DNA of 64,000 nt from Haliotis rubra. Taxonomy: Eukaryota. The stretch is from positions 744,001 to 808,000 of the forward strand of contig NW_025765559.1 in the NCBI RefSeq assembly GCF_003918875.1, in the 5' to 3' direction. The translations under genes and the position numbers were made by a program. The notes beneath the pieces are model-generated. The model did not search any database, was not told where the DNA came from, and worked only from the letters and a program-made list of their open reading frames with translations. Shown here piece after piece: positions 63,783 to 64,000 of this stretch. Numbering within the stretch: the stretch's first letter is position 1; each line of letters begins with the position of its first letter.

Positions 63783-64000
63783 TTAAATAGAAGCGACAAA
63801 ATCCTGTCCACATCCATAACTAAGGCAACGAGGTACTTAAGACGAAACGTCTCGGAAATGGATAGATTAGTAGTTAATCAACACAATAAGATAACCAGAT
63901 TGCATTAACATTTAAAACAAAATGTCTTACTGCACGTTAAATAAAACCCAAAAAATTACAGTTGCGCTAGAGAGTCCATTAGATAGTTGAATTAATATAC

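Overview
Eukaryotic, AT-rich, repeat-dense non-coding DNA from an animal genome. It is most likely a gastropod mollusc such as abalone (Haliotis); this rests on my recollection of the SINE families and is unverified. There is one 214-N assembly gap (36517-36730). I can support no intact protein-coding gene, tRNA, rRNA or CRISPR array, and all long ORFs in the track are artefacts of stop-free tandem repeats. The window holds six large minisatellite/satellite arrays (34, 43, 29, ~37, 54 and ~23 bp units) and about 30 short retroelements in three families with related 3' tails: A (tRNA-headed), B (no tRNA head, structured 5' end) and C (tRNA head plus Meta/MESC-like body). It also holds several non-autonomous DNA transposons (two 107-bp Harbinger-like palindromes, two Academ-like elements with 9-bp TSDs, one Tc1/mariner-like MITE), an L2/CR1-type LINE 3' fragment, and two Penelope-like relics with hammerhead ribozyme motifs. 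The most interesting observations are: (i) the structured 5' domain of family B, which is amplified 15 times inside one TSD-bounded insertion; (ii) a ~230-bp palindrome made of two outward-pointing tRNA-like 3' halves; (iii) two divergent but architecturally identical 107-bp MITEs, both nested in SINE heads; (iv) an 80-bp templated insertion copied between two SINE copies 21 kb apart; (v) a near-canonical minimal hammerhead ribozyme. All coordinates were counted by eye and may be off by a few bases.
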